This document shows, one piece after another, positions 49,786-61,985 of a stretch of DNA of 64,000 nt. The position numbers were made by a program, and so were the translations under genes. Each line of letters opens with the position of its first letter. Positions within the stretch are counted from its first letter, which is position 1. The DNA lies in contig NIVC01003490.1 in NCBI GenBank assembly GCA_002269645.1, positions 31,104-95,103 of the forward strand, written 5' to 3'. Source of the stretch: Macrostomum lignano (taxonomy: Eukaryota). The notes under the pieces are model-generated. The model worked only from the letters and a program-made list of their open reading frames with translations. It ran no database searches and had not been told where the DNA came from.

Positions 49786-50706
49786 GCTGTCAAGTGTTGT
49801 CAAGTCGCTGAAGAATCCCAGAATTTATGACTTTATGTGCTCAGCTCCAATTTTGTTGTCCAGCACAGAAAACACTTATAAACTTCAAGTAATTTACAGG
49901 CCAGTAATCTCAGTTGTAGGTATGCAGATATTTCTCTTCCCGACACAGCCGATCAATAGTGCTACCTTCATAAAGCGAAGGTAATTACGTAAAAATACCC
50001 ACAGGGAAGTCAAGTCATAAGCTAACATTGGAGCGAAATTCATTGCTTTCACAGATTGATTCAATTCAGGGAGTGGCGACAATAAACGGTTCCCAGCCTT
50101 CTTGCATTGCCATTCAGTTGAGATGTATAGCAGGCAATTAAAAAATTGCAAGGCTGGTCTGCTCCCAGATTTCTGCTTAGATCCTATATGCCAAAACTGG
50201 TTTGTTTATTCCTGGAAATGTTTCATTTGGCACCGTATATGAAAATGTAGATTTACGTGCAACCGATAAAAGATTTAATTTTAATTCAATCAAATTTCAG
50301 TCACTTTCCAATCTTTTTTCCCATCCTTTTCCCGTCTTTTTCATCCTTTCCCCAAATTTTTCCCCGCCTTTTCCCATTCTTTCCCCATCTTATTACCATT
50401 CGAATGACTCTTATTTTATTTTACTAATTTTAGCGTTTGCATTAAGCTCTGCCGGCTTCTTAAGATTTCATTATAAATATAATTCTTTCAAACAACTCAT
50501 TCGGCAAAAAGCAATAGTCTGTGGCCAACAAATTTATGATTATCAATAAACCCGTTGGGATATCGAAGATGAAAACTATTCAGCATTTGAGCACCCAAAA
50601 CGTTTGGGCAGCAACTAAAAATTTGTCGAATCCTGTTGCGGTAACGCCTAAAAGCAAATCGTGAGGTCGGTTAAATAATTGTCCAAGTCAACAGTACCGA
50701 CTCAAA

Positions 50707-53208
50707 ATGGCGTCGGCAAGCACCTGCGGCAGGCAGCATGCTCCAATGGGCACGCCAACCAGCGATGGATTCGAACCCAAGCAGCCTGACTTAGAGAAGA
50801 AAAAGGTTGTCATCGACTACTCACCTGGTCCGGATTCCATTAGCAAAGTGATGCGGAAGCGAACCCTGTCGATGATGGAACTCCTAGGTGACAATTTTGA
50901 CGGCAAAGAAGCTCGGTCTACGGATTTTCCTAAGTTTTCTGCATCCAGCAGAGGATTTTCAATTGAAAAGCACTCATGCAAACCGCCTGTAGCATCGAAA
51001 CCTGATATTAACCGTGAGGCTAAGCAGGTGGAAGATCGCAAAAGTGCAAAAAGATCGCAGTGCGGCATGCGCCAGGAAGATGACGTCCAACCGGATCAGC
51101 AGTTTTCCATACAGCAGTCCGACCACCGATGCCGCAGAGTGGCGCCCGGACAAGAATGCAAGCCTAAGCCAAAGACGAAGCCTTGCACATTTCCGCAACT
51201 ATCGTTAGCACTGTTCCCAATGCCTATGCCTATGGACGATATGCAACAAGTTCGACAACCAAAAAGTGGTAAGCGAGCAGATCAAACCACCATACACAGT
51301 GCTTCCACACGGTTCCCACAATTTGAGGATAGCAAAGGTAAGAAGAAACTTCGGGTTTCCTTCGCTCAAGAAGCTGAAGAAGACATCACAGCAATGTACA
51401 CGCGATGTGATCCGAAATGGCAGGAGAGACTAGCCAACGAAACAGCCAAAAAGGGGCGAAAAACAGCTGCAAAAGAAAACCAAAGCCGAGAACAGATCAA
51501 TCCAGACATTGGTAAGATGCCAAACTACACTGAGCAGTCGGGGAAACACCAGACGGTGCAACAAAAGCAGCCAAGTGTCAAAATTCAGCAGGAAACAAAG
51601 CGTAACATCACGGAAACGCAACTGAATGAGCTCCAAAGGTGCGTAGGCATGTATGATGATGGCAACTATCCTCAGGAAACAAACGCTGAACCAGAACTAC
51701 CGGAAGCACCCCAGTATAGAACTCCAAAAAAATACCGCGGTTCATGCTGGGACATGTACCAGCAAGAAAGTCCGGGAGGCAGCAAGGAAAGTGAGCAAAT
51801 GGAGCAGCTGCAATGTACAGAAAGTTCTCTGGGCGATGAGAAGCAGCAAAGTGGAAGCGAGACGCTTCAGGATGCTGAACGACTGCATCAGTGTAACGGC
51901 AAAATTTACAGCGAATATAATCGTGTAGAATTTGAGGCAAATAGGGATGAAGAAGACGAAGACGACACCGAGTCCAGAAAGCCTATAGGGAACGAAAATT
52001 TCGAAAAACAAGCAACCGATAAACAAAGACCTGGCTCAAGTGTTCTAGCAGAACTTGAAGTTAGTCGAATGGAACCAATCCCTATCCAGCAAACAAAGCG
52101 CGTTAGTCAGGACTACACGCTTCAAATTGGTGTAAGAAATTCCACTACAGGAGAGAGTTTTGCAGAAAACCAGCAAAGCACGACAAGAGACCAAGCTGTC
52201 GACAAGACACGTATTCAAGCCAGTCAAGAAGACCAACAGCAGCGAGTTCGGAGATGTAATTCTCAACATAGACCACAAGCACTGGCAAATCAAAAGTCAG
52301 TTCAACGACAGAGTCGCGCTGAAAAGCCACCTTGCATTGGCTTCCAACGGACTGGAGGATTAAATCAGCATCGGCGCAGCGAGAGCGAACCGAGTATGCA
52401 GCGAGACCGTCGGATTTCTCCGTCCGGTCAGCGGCCTGAACGAAGTGACGCACTCAGACAAAATACCTGGAAACGTGACGACAACAAAGTCGACCCGCCG
52501 CCTCAAACAGTAACCAAGTGCTTGGAGCAAACGGTGCAGCAACGACCAAAAGAATCGACAGATATTTTAGATGCATGCAATGAAGCTCTTCGACAAGACT
52601 CCGAGCGCAAAAGAAGGCGAGAGCAAGCGGAAAGAGCCCAGGAGATCGCTTTACTAGAAGCTCTAAAGCCGAAGCGCAAAGCTGCCCCGGAGCAAAACCA
52701 GCCAGCAACGACCTGCCCCAAGGTTGAATGCCATTGCTCGCTGCACTCGGAGCAGACCTGTAAAGGACCAGCTAAGAAGCGGCCAGTGGCCAAGCCAATA
52801 GCAGATTCTGACTGCAATAAACAAACAAAAGAGAGCACTAGCGACAGAATCAATCCGGAATCCGCCTGCTCAGAGGACGCAGGCAAAGTGGAATGGGTTC
52901 GAGAGGGCCACCTCCTCGTGAAGCTCAACAACGGCAAGCCGAGCGGTGCAAAGGTTGTGAGCAAAGGTAGCCTCTCCGACGACATATACAGTAGCGGCGA
53001 TCAGCCGGTAAAGGCGGAGTCCAGTGAGGCAACGACGCCGGAACAGAAAACGCTAGAAGAAGAGACAATGGAAGATTCATCAATGGTGGAGACTGTTCCT
53101 CAGCCTCCTCGAAACGATTTGCTGTGGGGCGCCGGCGAGGGCGAAAATACATTAGAGACCACTGATGATGACCCAGTCGCGGGATCTAAAAAGAAGTGCT
53201 GCTGCTGA
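50707..53208 (+). CDS. Uncharacterised intronless 833-aa Q/E/K/S-rich, probably disordered protein
   Basis: A 2.5-kb non-repetitive ORF with a good start context (AAAATGG), in AT-rich flanks. Contains KKKLRVSF and ends SKKKCCC*. No family recognised. Confidence 0.8.
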   Translation: MASASTCGRQHAPMGTPTSDGFEPKQPDLEKKKVVIDYSPGPDSISKVMRKRTLSMMELLGDNFDGKEARSTDFPKFSASSRGFSIEKHSCKPPVASKPDINREAKQVEDRKSAKRSQCGMRQEDDVQPDQQFSIQQSDHRCRRVAPGQECKPKPKTKPCTFPQLSLALFPMPMPMDDMQQVRQPKSGKRADQTTIHSASTRFPQFEDSKGKKKLRVSFAQEAEEDITAMYTRCDPKWQERLANETAKKGRKTAAKENQSREQINPDIGKMPNYTEQSGKHQTVQQKQPSVKIQQETKRNITETQLNELQRCVGMYDDGNYPQETNAEPELPEAPQYRTPKKYRGSCWDMYQQESPGGSKESEQMEQLQCTESSLGDEKQQSGSETLQDAERLHQCNGKIYSEYNRVEFEANRDEEDEDDTESRKPIGNENFEKQATDKQRPGSSVLAELEVSRMEPIPIQQTKRVSQDYTLQIGVRNSTTGESFAENQQSTTRDQAVDKTRIQASQEDQQQRVRRCNSQHRPQALANQKSVQRQSRAEKPPCIGFQRTGGLNQHRRSESEPSMQRDRRISPSGQRPERSDALRQNTWKRDDNKVDPPPQTVTKCLEQTVQQRPKESTDILDACNEALRQDSERKRRREQAERAQEIALLEALKPKRKAAPEQNQPATTCPKVECHCSLHSEQTCKGPAKKRPVAKPIADSDCNKQTKESTSDRINPESACSEDAGKVEWVREGHLLVKLNNGKPSGAKVVSKGSLSDDIYSSGDQPVKAESSEATTPEQKTLEEETMEDSSMVETVPQPPRNDLLWGAGEGENTLETTDDDPVAGSKKKCCC

Positions 53209-53726
53209 TTTACTACTCACAGTTTTTGTTTCCCATTCGGGCAAAATGCATATAAGCCTTGCAAATTTAATTTCTCAACAGCGTTAAAACCTTTTTCCCC
53301 GACATGGTGTCAAACTGCTACTGAAATGCAATTTATCTCGAAGCATTTGGTCACGATAGAAATTTTCTTTTTGCAAAACTGTCTATTGATTTTGTTTTTT
53401 TCTCTGGGAAACAAGAAATTGTTTTAAGTGTTGCACTTATTAAAAGGAGCCGCGAAATCACGCCAGACTTTCGTGATTAGTCCAGATAAGACCATTTAAT
53501 CAGTCTAGTCACGAGATAAAAGATCGCAACTCATTAATCTTTCCCTTTCCATCGGGCGAGGGCTTAGGAGTAGTTGGGTGGAAAAATCTAGGTACGGTCA
53601 AAACTCACGACTTGAAAGCGTGATCCGGCCTGAAGGCAGGAGGGAAAGAAGCAATCATTTTTTCATGAATTTCGTAAATCAGTCAGGCCCTGCTAAGGCT
53701 TTTCCCGAGAGCAGAAAATTGCAGGC

Positions 53727-53906
53727 ATGTTTGCGTTAGCCGCTAATATTAGCAAGGAAAAGATAAATTACATGATGCGGGAAGCTGAGACCCTGCAGAC
53801 CCGGGATGAGGAGCAATTACTTGCGCGGGCTACCCTGCAAAATGATTTGATAGAGGAGCCCCGGCAAAGCAGCGGGGATATGGATGCATATTCAAAGAGG
53901 TTGTAA
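53727..53906 (+). CDS. Possible small ORF or exon, 59 aa (MFALAANISKEKINYMMREAETLQTRDEEQLLARATLQNDLIEEPRQSSGDMDAYSKRL)
   Basis: GC-richer patch in an AT-rich context, preceded by an acceptor-like TTGCAG; below the ORF-track length cutoff; no homology recognised. Confidence 0.3.
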   Translation: MFALAANISKEKINYMMREAETLQTRDEEQLLARATLQNDLIEEPRQSSGDMDAYSKRL

Positions 53907-55090
53907 ATTAAAATTTTGTAAATGGTACGATTAAATCAACGATAATTTTTTTGTTTTACTATACTGAATATAATTTTGAAAACATACTTTCTGGTCTGAT
54001 GAAACCTGAACTGAAGGGCTGTATAAAATCGATGAAACGGAGAATCAGCTCCTACAATCTACGAGCGTGGCACTCAACGTTGCTGTGCTAGCTTGCCCGT
54101 TATTTTCGAATATTTGGCTTCTTCTACCAGTCATTAGTCATTTGCTGCCCCGCTGGCCAAATCTCTAAATCTGACTATATCCGACGAATCTTCTCCTGCT
54201 CTCAAGGTTCCTTTCGCCAGGCAAAGAGAGTAGAGAAAATGATCTATAAAAACAATTATATTCTTCTTTTATTAGCCGGCACAACTCTCCAGTTGCATTC
54301 CCCTTTCTCAGCGCATTCTCAAAACGGAGTATGAAAAAACCAATCGATCTGAAGTCTCTTGGTTCCAGTCACAGTGCTTGAGTGCAATTCCATTGTCTAT
54401 TTCAGTAATAAATTTAGAACAGTTTCACTCGGAGAGATGGCAGATTAAAAAAACCATTCATACATATTTGATACGGTGCTTAAAAGTACAAATCGGATGA
54501 AGCCGCTTCGCAGAGATTCGATTTTTCGGTGCATAGGTTGAGCCTATTGACAAACATCGTATACAGTCATGCAGATACATTTATACATAGAATTAACCTA
54601 CAGTTAGATATACCTTTAAATTATTATATGCACTTGTAATTGGCTAGTACAGTAACATTCAAAGCCCCACTCAATTATAGGTTTGGTTGCACCAAGGCAA
54701 TGCAAATTGGTTTCATGATTTAACACGCTTTGAAACAAGATGAAACACGTTTTGAGAGAAAGAAAAAGAAAAAATAGCAAAAAGTCATCTACTATTAATT
54801 ATGGAACACCTGCTGACCAATGCTGACCACTGCAAACAGGTAACACAAAGAAAGCAAGATAAATTGCATTGCCAGGTAGGTATCGATTTTTGATTCAACG
54901 GGATGCAATTTTGAAGGAGGGGCCATGACTGACAGAGGTGACGCTGGGCTTTCATGACAACCAGACGGGACGCTCCTTAGCTACAATTCTTGACTTGATT
55001 AGCCCAGTTATTGTCTCTTGACTGCCGTGAGAATCGCGGGCGCCGCCTCTTCCTCGTCGATGCTATCCTTTGCGGAGCACCGACTCAACT

Positions 55091-58000
55091 TCAATGGCGC
55101 GCGCTTCTGCTTCGGCTGCTGATGTCGAAGGCCACGCTCGCTCTCGTGCGGCGCAGCAGTCCGCAGGCCGGTGGCTTCAGGAACTGGTTGAACAGGGCGC
55201 TACTTCTCTCGTCAATGCTGTAGTCGCGACGTAGCCGGTGGCGGCGGGCCTCAGACGAGGCTGCGGATCCGCTGCCGCCGCTACCGGATAGGGAGGCTGC
55301 TGACGCGGAGACTTGGGATCTGCAGGGTTTGAGATCGAGGCTAAGCGATGAGGACGAGATTAGGGTATCCGCGGATGTTGTAGATTAAAGCATCAGTACT
55401 TTATGCTAGTAGCTTGAAAGGTCCGCACAGCGGAGTTGAGCTGTCTCATGGAGCTATTAGCTTTGAACGCTGTTTGGAGGAACTATAAATGCTTCAGATG
55501 TGAAAAATAAATCCAGATAACTTCGAGCAGAGTTATATTAGGATACATTTCTGTACAGTGTTAACAAGGGGAGGCTCCCACAATTAATCCAGATTCGATT
55601 CTGTTCGGAGACTCATCGATTTGCTACTGTGTTGTAATAATTAACATTACACGCTCGTAAACAGGTGAATGGCGTGTGCGATTCACGCCAATGACAGCCA
55701 ACGCCATAGGCGCAGACATGCCTGACGATGAGAAAATACATGCTGTTTGTTTGCCTGCTTACGTGTCCGCGTGCGTGCCTAAGGCGGGTCAGTGGACCAG
55801 CGAACTGCTTTCCACCTCTCTGGCAACCTGACAGTGCTCAAAACTGATAAACTAATACTAATATACGAGATACATGCAGCTGCAGCGTTAGCAAGTGGGT
55901 CTTCAAAATTTTGTTTGATAAAATCGATTGCTGCGTCCTGATACAACGATAGCTTCTCGGGAGTACCGTAGTGTTTGGGTTGTCTCCGTGCGAAATAGCT
56001 ATTCAAACGGATGATGCTTTGGCGTAAAATTAATGGGTTGTAACTACAAATTCAAGCGCTTTTTGTGCTAAACTTTGAAGTACGCTCGTAAGTTAACCAG
56101 ACTCATAAGAGCATCTATTTAGACGAGAGCTTCAACGCGCAGGGTCAGCTGCTGAAGATCGAGCTCAGGAGAGCGAATCATGATCAAGAACAGTTTATCA
56201 TGCTGTTGGGCAGCCATCATAGGTGAAGATTGAACAATTCCAAGTGCATATAATAGTGGACACTTGTCACTATCATATACCATTATAGAGCATTACAAAA
56301 GTTTCTGTAAGGAATAAGGTAGTGAAAGTTTTTTTTAAAAACGCTTGAAACTTTTGTTACCATTAACCGTAGTTCCCTAAGAAAAGACCCCAAGTGGGTG
56401 ACGTACAGTGGCAAAGCTGTAACGCTGTAACCCTCTAATTAAATTTTACATCTCCTGTAAACTGACTAAGCTGTTAATGAAACGCTCGGTACCTTCTCTA
56501 TTTGTACAAGTTTATTACGCCTTATTTCGCCTGGCCTCGTTTAATCCAGGGCAAGTACGAGCTCGAAAAAGATTTGTTACGCACCTGAGAAACCTAGCAA
56601 CCAGGGGATTCTCGTGGCAGCCGTAGAAGACGCCACTGAAGCTTTCTTCCGGACCAAATGCTTCATCGCTTCCGTCGCCTTCGCAGGTTTCGTCCTCGAA
56701 GACGCCGTCGCCATCGGTCGCCGACGCTTGAAGACAACTGCGACGCTCAACACTGCGGTAGCCGGAATCCCGCTGCAGCAGGCGGAGCTGGCCACGCTTC
56801 GCTGAAGAGACGCAGTCACTGACGTCCTCTGCTATCTCGATGCTGTCCTTACTGTCCTCGGCTTCATCCTCATCGTCGTCGAGCTCGTCCTCGAAGCTGG
56901 AGCGCAGTCGCCAGAGGTCGCGCGGCTCGACTATAGTCAGCCTCGCCTTGTCGGAGTTGTCGCTGGTGTTAATGACGATCTCAGTCAGTGAATTCGGTGT
57001 CGCTTTGTTGCCTTGTTGGGCTGTCACTTCCGGGGGATTTTTTGGTCTGGTGGTTTCCGGTGTGGGTACGTGTGCTTCGTGTGAGGCCTGGGTTTGACCC
57101 CATCTGCGGAGGGCAGATTTTTATCAACTGTAATACGAGCTAAACGCTTGCAATTACAAAAAGTGGCAAGCGGAACAAGGCCATAAGATAAATTGTGCAG
57201 AACTCACTCACTTCTTTGTGAAATTAATTTTGTGCTGGCAGACGGGCGCTTGCGGTAAAGTTGATACAGTAATAACAGCGGAGGCTGAAATGGATGAAAA
57301 ATTAATATGAATAGGTAGGTATGCTTTTGTCATGACATTTTCTAGAGTTAAGCCTTACTTGGTTGAAAACTTAAAAAGATTGTAAAAATCGATTCAACAC
57401 GTAATCGGCTGGCCCTTTTTGGTTAGTCGTATGGTTGGTTATGTAATAAAAATACCCTACAAGGTCATATTCATAGGGAAAGGTTTGCGGTAATGACAAT
57501 AAAACTTATTGGGTAGTAGAGGAAAGCAGAATTATTTTAGAATTCGCTGGAATCAGCTACAGACAGCAAGCATGAGTGGTAGTGCAAGCACATTTATTCG
57601 CCGCTGACTCAATTAAATTCGACAGCTCGACTAGACTATATAACCAAGATAGATTATCCCGTGATGAGATTTGTAGACGGCATATTCCATTCCCGCAGTC
57701 AGACAGCACCATAATTGCACCCGACAGCCGAAATGGTAAATCGCTATATTTTAGCAAGGGGGAAATTTCAAACTGCAAATACCGGTTCCGCACTAGCGAT
57801 TTTTCGAACTACTATCGGATCCAGGAGACGAATTATTCAAATGATCTGGGACCGTATAAATCGAACTGAATTTTTCATCTGATTTCCGATTCCAGCCACC
57901 GTATAAGCTCTCTAATAAATGAAAATAGTCCTAAATACACCATAAAAATGAAATGTCATTAAAATTGAATCGGTTTCAAAATGTAGCTTTTTGTAGACGG

Positions 58001-60344
58001 CTCACTAAACACCCCCTGTGTAGATCAGATGTAACTATGGGCCGTATGCAGAAAGCTCTGTCTAGGGTAGTCCGGTATTGAAAAGCTAGTCTAGACTTGG
58101 ATTTGGTATGCAGAAACGCAAAGTTAGACCGGTCTTCTATAGCAGAACTAGGCTAGCTAGACCATAGACCATAGACTGAACTACCCAAGCCCGGACTAGC
58201 TAGTCTGGACTAGGCTTTCTGCATACGGCCCTATGTAACTACCGCTCTATTGTAACGGACGCTACTGGTGCTACAAGCGTACGCATTTGACAATTAAAGA
58301 ATACCAACGACAAGACCGGGTACAAGTACTTTCAAAATTATGCAGCTGATAACTACCTTAACGATTGTGCTTTTGTGCGCCTCGGAAAACTCTAATTGCG
58401 ACTAAGAAGCGCTAGCTTTTAAAGCGTCTCAACAACGCGGCACTTAAGTATGTACTAACTATAACAAAAAGGACATCCGTGTTAACTTAGATTCTGAGTG
58501 TTTTGCCTCAGGAAGCCGATCAAGGCTAAAAAATCAGGCAAGGATAAAAGCTGCTCTAGCTATAGTTAAAGAGGCTGGTTTGCCCAGCAAAAGCAGTTAT
58601 TGTTTATGCCAAGAAAAGCGTGGAAAGAACTTTGCATTTGCCTCTACGTGTGTATGCGGGTACATTGACGGAAAATAGCCAGTAACAACACTGAAAATAC
58701 GTAACGCTGGGTGTTCTAAATGGATCGATCTGCGATGGCGTTTCTATACTTTTAATTGTTCGAATGACGCAGTACAGAGAGTCAACAAACAGCACCATAT
58801 ACGAGTGTAGCTTCACTATACCACTTGAATGAATGTATCGATCACGATGGTCTCTGCATTACTCTATCAGTCTCTCTTTCATTGCACTCCGCAATTATTT
58901 GCGGACTATTGTGATGACTCTCGATCTGGAAGGTGAAATCAACGATCAGACCATAATAAGCAAAACTTTATAGGGATGAAAACCACAAAATATTCGGTAT
59001 TGCATGGCGCAAACTGTTAAATCGAAGCTGTTTCAAAGCAGCTTACGAGCAAGTATATTCTGTTTGCATTCACCGATTGACACATTTACGAGCATGCCAA
59101 TTACATTCTCGGAAAAATGTACTTCAAGTCACTGAGTGGGGCTCATTTTTCACACACCGAATCTATTATTTTAGAAATTCTCAACATAATTTCCAGTCAA
59201 ATTCCCATTAATCCTCCGGTAGAATCACGCATCGAAGCACTCCCTAAGGATTGTTTTTTCCCAATCGGTGCAGCTCATTCCGCAGAGCATCGACAAGCTC
59301 CTCCTTTTTAAAGTCAAAGATCCTCCGCTTAAATTTCTCCTTCATTCTGAAGAATAGAAGGAAACAGAAAAGCGCCAGGTCAAGGGCAGCAGAGCATGGT
59401 GACTGTTGAAACGCCTATTTTATTCTTTGACTTTGAGAGCTAGAGAGCCCATCAGCAGCTCCAGAAACAACTGTGGTAAGCACACCGTACTGTACCATTC
59501 AGCCGGCACAGTCGCCACCTGATTGAGCACAACGGGCAAAAGGAAAGTTTGCCAATGTTTGAAGCATCCTTTGCGAAACTTGATTGAAGCATCCTCGGCA
59601 TCGCTGACCCATTGACGGCTCTGCTGTTTAGCCTCAGGGTCATAGTAGTACCCAAGTTTCGCCACCTGTGGAAATTTAATCCACCAAGTTCGATTGCCCT
59701 CCATTGAACTTGGCAAGCATGAACTGGGCGAACTCGAAATTCACTCTGCATTTGGCTGATGTAGCACCCAGCTAAGATTTTTGTGTAGGATCTTAATAAC
59801 TGTTGAGTCCTACACCCCAAAAAGGTGCTATAGTCAAAGAATTTCCATACGCTGATCTATGCCCTGTACTTTCCGCACAGCTTTAGCCACTACGGTGCAT
59901 CATAACGTTGGGACGATTGCGGAGACTTCAACTTGATGGCTTTGGTTGAAATTTGATCAATGCCACACAATGCGACGAAGACTATCGCACATAATACTAG
60001 CATATAATTAAATCTTTAGAAATGCAAGAACTTTATTTGGATCGAAAATTTGATTCCATAATTAGTGCCCATAGCCCTGAGGCAGCCATCGTCTTGAAAC
60101 TGAAGACATGCAACGCTTGAAAGTTCATTTAGATAAAAGTACACCGCACGCATGCACAGACTTACCACCGGCCTCTTGTTGATTGCTGAATGATTCGATC
60201 AGAGTCGAATTGCCGACGCCACCGACCAGGTCTACTGCACTCGGCGGCTCGCGCTGCGGGCCCTGCAGCTCGGCCTCTTCGGCTTTCCTCTCCTCTCTCG
60301 GACTGTCCGTCAGGCCGCACTCCTCTTCTTCAATAAGCGATTGG
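55091..60344 (-). CDS. CBARP: CBARP/BARP-like protein (voltage-gated Ca channel beta-subunit-associated regulatory protein), 3' exons only
   Basis: Phase-compatible exons 60344-60166, 57284-57212, 57103-56585, 55340-55091 (stop TGA). Three ordered motifs match recalled human CBARP: RDLWRLRSSFE (YRDLWSLRASLE), RLLQRDSGYRSVE (RLLQMDSGYASIE), RRDYSIDERSSALFNQFL (RRDYSIDEKTDALFHEFL). The 5' exons, including the TM segment, were not found. Confidence 0.75.
58039..58231. mobile_element. PIF/Harbinger-like MITE
   Basis: TIR GGGCCGTATGCAGAAAGC / GCTTTCTGCATACGGCCC with a 3-bp TAT TSD. Confidence 0.85.
59420..59830 (-). pseudogene. Decayed mariner transposase fragment
   Basis: YYYDPEAKQQSRQWV and TVPAEWYSTVCLPQLF resemble mariner segments after the first catalytic Asp; frameshifted. 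Confidence 0.65.
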
Positions 60345-61048
60345 CTGGGAAAACAGAATTTTTCCGTCTGATTAGCAGCTATTACTTTTAGGAGATCGAA
60401 TCTGCTTTTTGGCGTCGGTAATAATGCCTACTTACTTGAACCGCCCCATCTGTATATTAATTTCTATATACGCTCGCATGGATGGACGGATATTTGAAAT
60501 AAGTGCACGGCCAGCAGTGGGAGACTCAACAGTGGAGTACAAGCTATAGGCTGCAGAAGCAGCAATTAATTCCTCCCTAAAGGCAAAAAATTTGTCTCGC
60601 TTAGCTAACTCCCCTGCCGAAGCCCGCCGGCCGCTGTAATTAAAGAGAAAGGCAAAGCAGGAAAGAAGAGAGCGGGAAAAAGAGAAAGTGAGGACGAGTT
60701 ACTGAGCCGCCGAATTTGTCAGCTTTTCTCACTCTCGCAGGTCGGACTCGCGCGAAAGGGAGCAGGATTTAGGGGGGAGAGTGGCAGGTATTTACAAATT
60801 ACGGGCACGCTGGGCTTGGCACCTGGCGCTGGCCTGGCCTAGACAACTCGGCACGCTCGGCAAGATTTATCTCCTGATGAAATGCAACACAAAGCCGACA
60901 AAAATAGTTCGGAAATTGTTTTGGATGTTTTATTTTAGGGATCTTTACAGCAACATATTTACCTGAGGCAAGCTGAGACAAAGTTAGTTGTCGGCCAATC
61001 TTCAGCCAGTGCATCCACGTGGATGTACAACAAGAGTAACTTAGAAGC

Positions 61049-61263
61049 CGCTACACTCGCAATTCGTGCGATTGTCTTTTGAACAAAATACAATCTGTCT
61101 TTTGCTTGTTGCCATATCTCTAATGATGCTTTTTTTGAAGATTTACAGACAGCTGAGATATTGTTAATTTTCTGGTGAACAAAAACATTTCTATCCTGTT
61201 TAAGCATTTTCAGCCAAAACTGGCCTTTCAGTTAAAAAAAATTCACGACTTGCGAGTGTAGCG
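61049..61263. mobile_element. Small MITE-like inverted-repeat element
   Basis: CGCTACACTCGCAATTCGTG versus CACGACTTGCGAGTGTAGCG (20 bp, 1 mismatch). Confidence 0.6.
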
Positions 61264-61309
61264 AATTCCTACTTCAATGGTTCATGGTATGCCCGCCTGT
61301 AGTTCTGCA

Positions 61310-61985
61310 CAAGTACCCATCTCCCCAAGTACCCATCTCCCCAAGTACCCATCTCCCCAAGTACCCATCTCCCCAAGTACCCATCTCCCAAGTACCATCT
61401 CCCCAAGTACCCATCTCCCCAAGTACCCATCTCCCCAAGTACCCATCTCCCCAAGTACCATCTCCCCAAGTACCCATCTCCCCAAGTACCCATCTCCCCA
61501 AGTACCCATCTCCCCAAGTACCCATCTCCCCAAGTACCCATCTCCCCAAGTACCCATCTCCCCAAGTACCCATCTCCCCAAGTACCCATCTCCCCAAGTA
61601 CCCATCTCCCCAAGTACCCATCTCCCCAAGTACCCATCTCCCCAAGTACCCATCTCCCCAAGTACCCATCTCCCCAAGTACCCATCTCCCCAAGTACCCA
61701 TCTCCCCAAGTACCCATCTCCCAAGTACCCATCTCCCCAAGTACCCATCTCCCCAAGTACCCATCTCCCCAAGTACCCATCTCCCAAGTACCCATCTCCC
61801 CAAGTACCCATCTCCCCAAGTACCCATCTCCCCAAGTACCCATCTCCCCAAGTACCCATCTCCCCAAGTACCCATCTCCCCAAGTACCCATCTCCCCAAG
61901 TACCCATCTCCCCAAGTACCCATCTCCCCAAGTACCCATCTCCCCAAGTACCCATCTCCCCAAGTACCCATCTCCCCAAGTACCC
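61310..61985. repeat. 16-bp tandem repeat (GTACCCATCTCCCCAA)
   Basis: About 42 copies with occasional 1-bp deletions. Confidence 0.97.

Noticed and set aside
55779-56240. Coding-looking patches inside a CBARP-like intron (both strands)
   Set aside because: Short, not needed for phase continuity, no recognisable domain; probably decayed transposon sequence.
60959-61207. 82-aa ORF as a long CBARP-like exon
   Set aside because: It overlaps a MITE-like element; a strong internal branch point and acceptor favours the 10-nt micro-exon.
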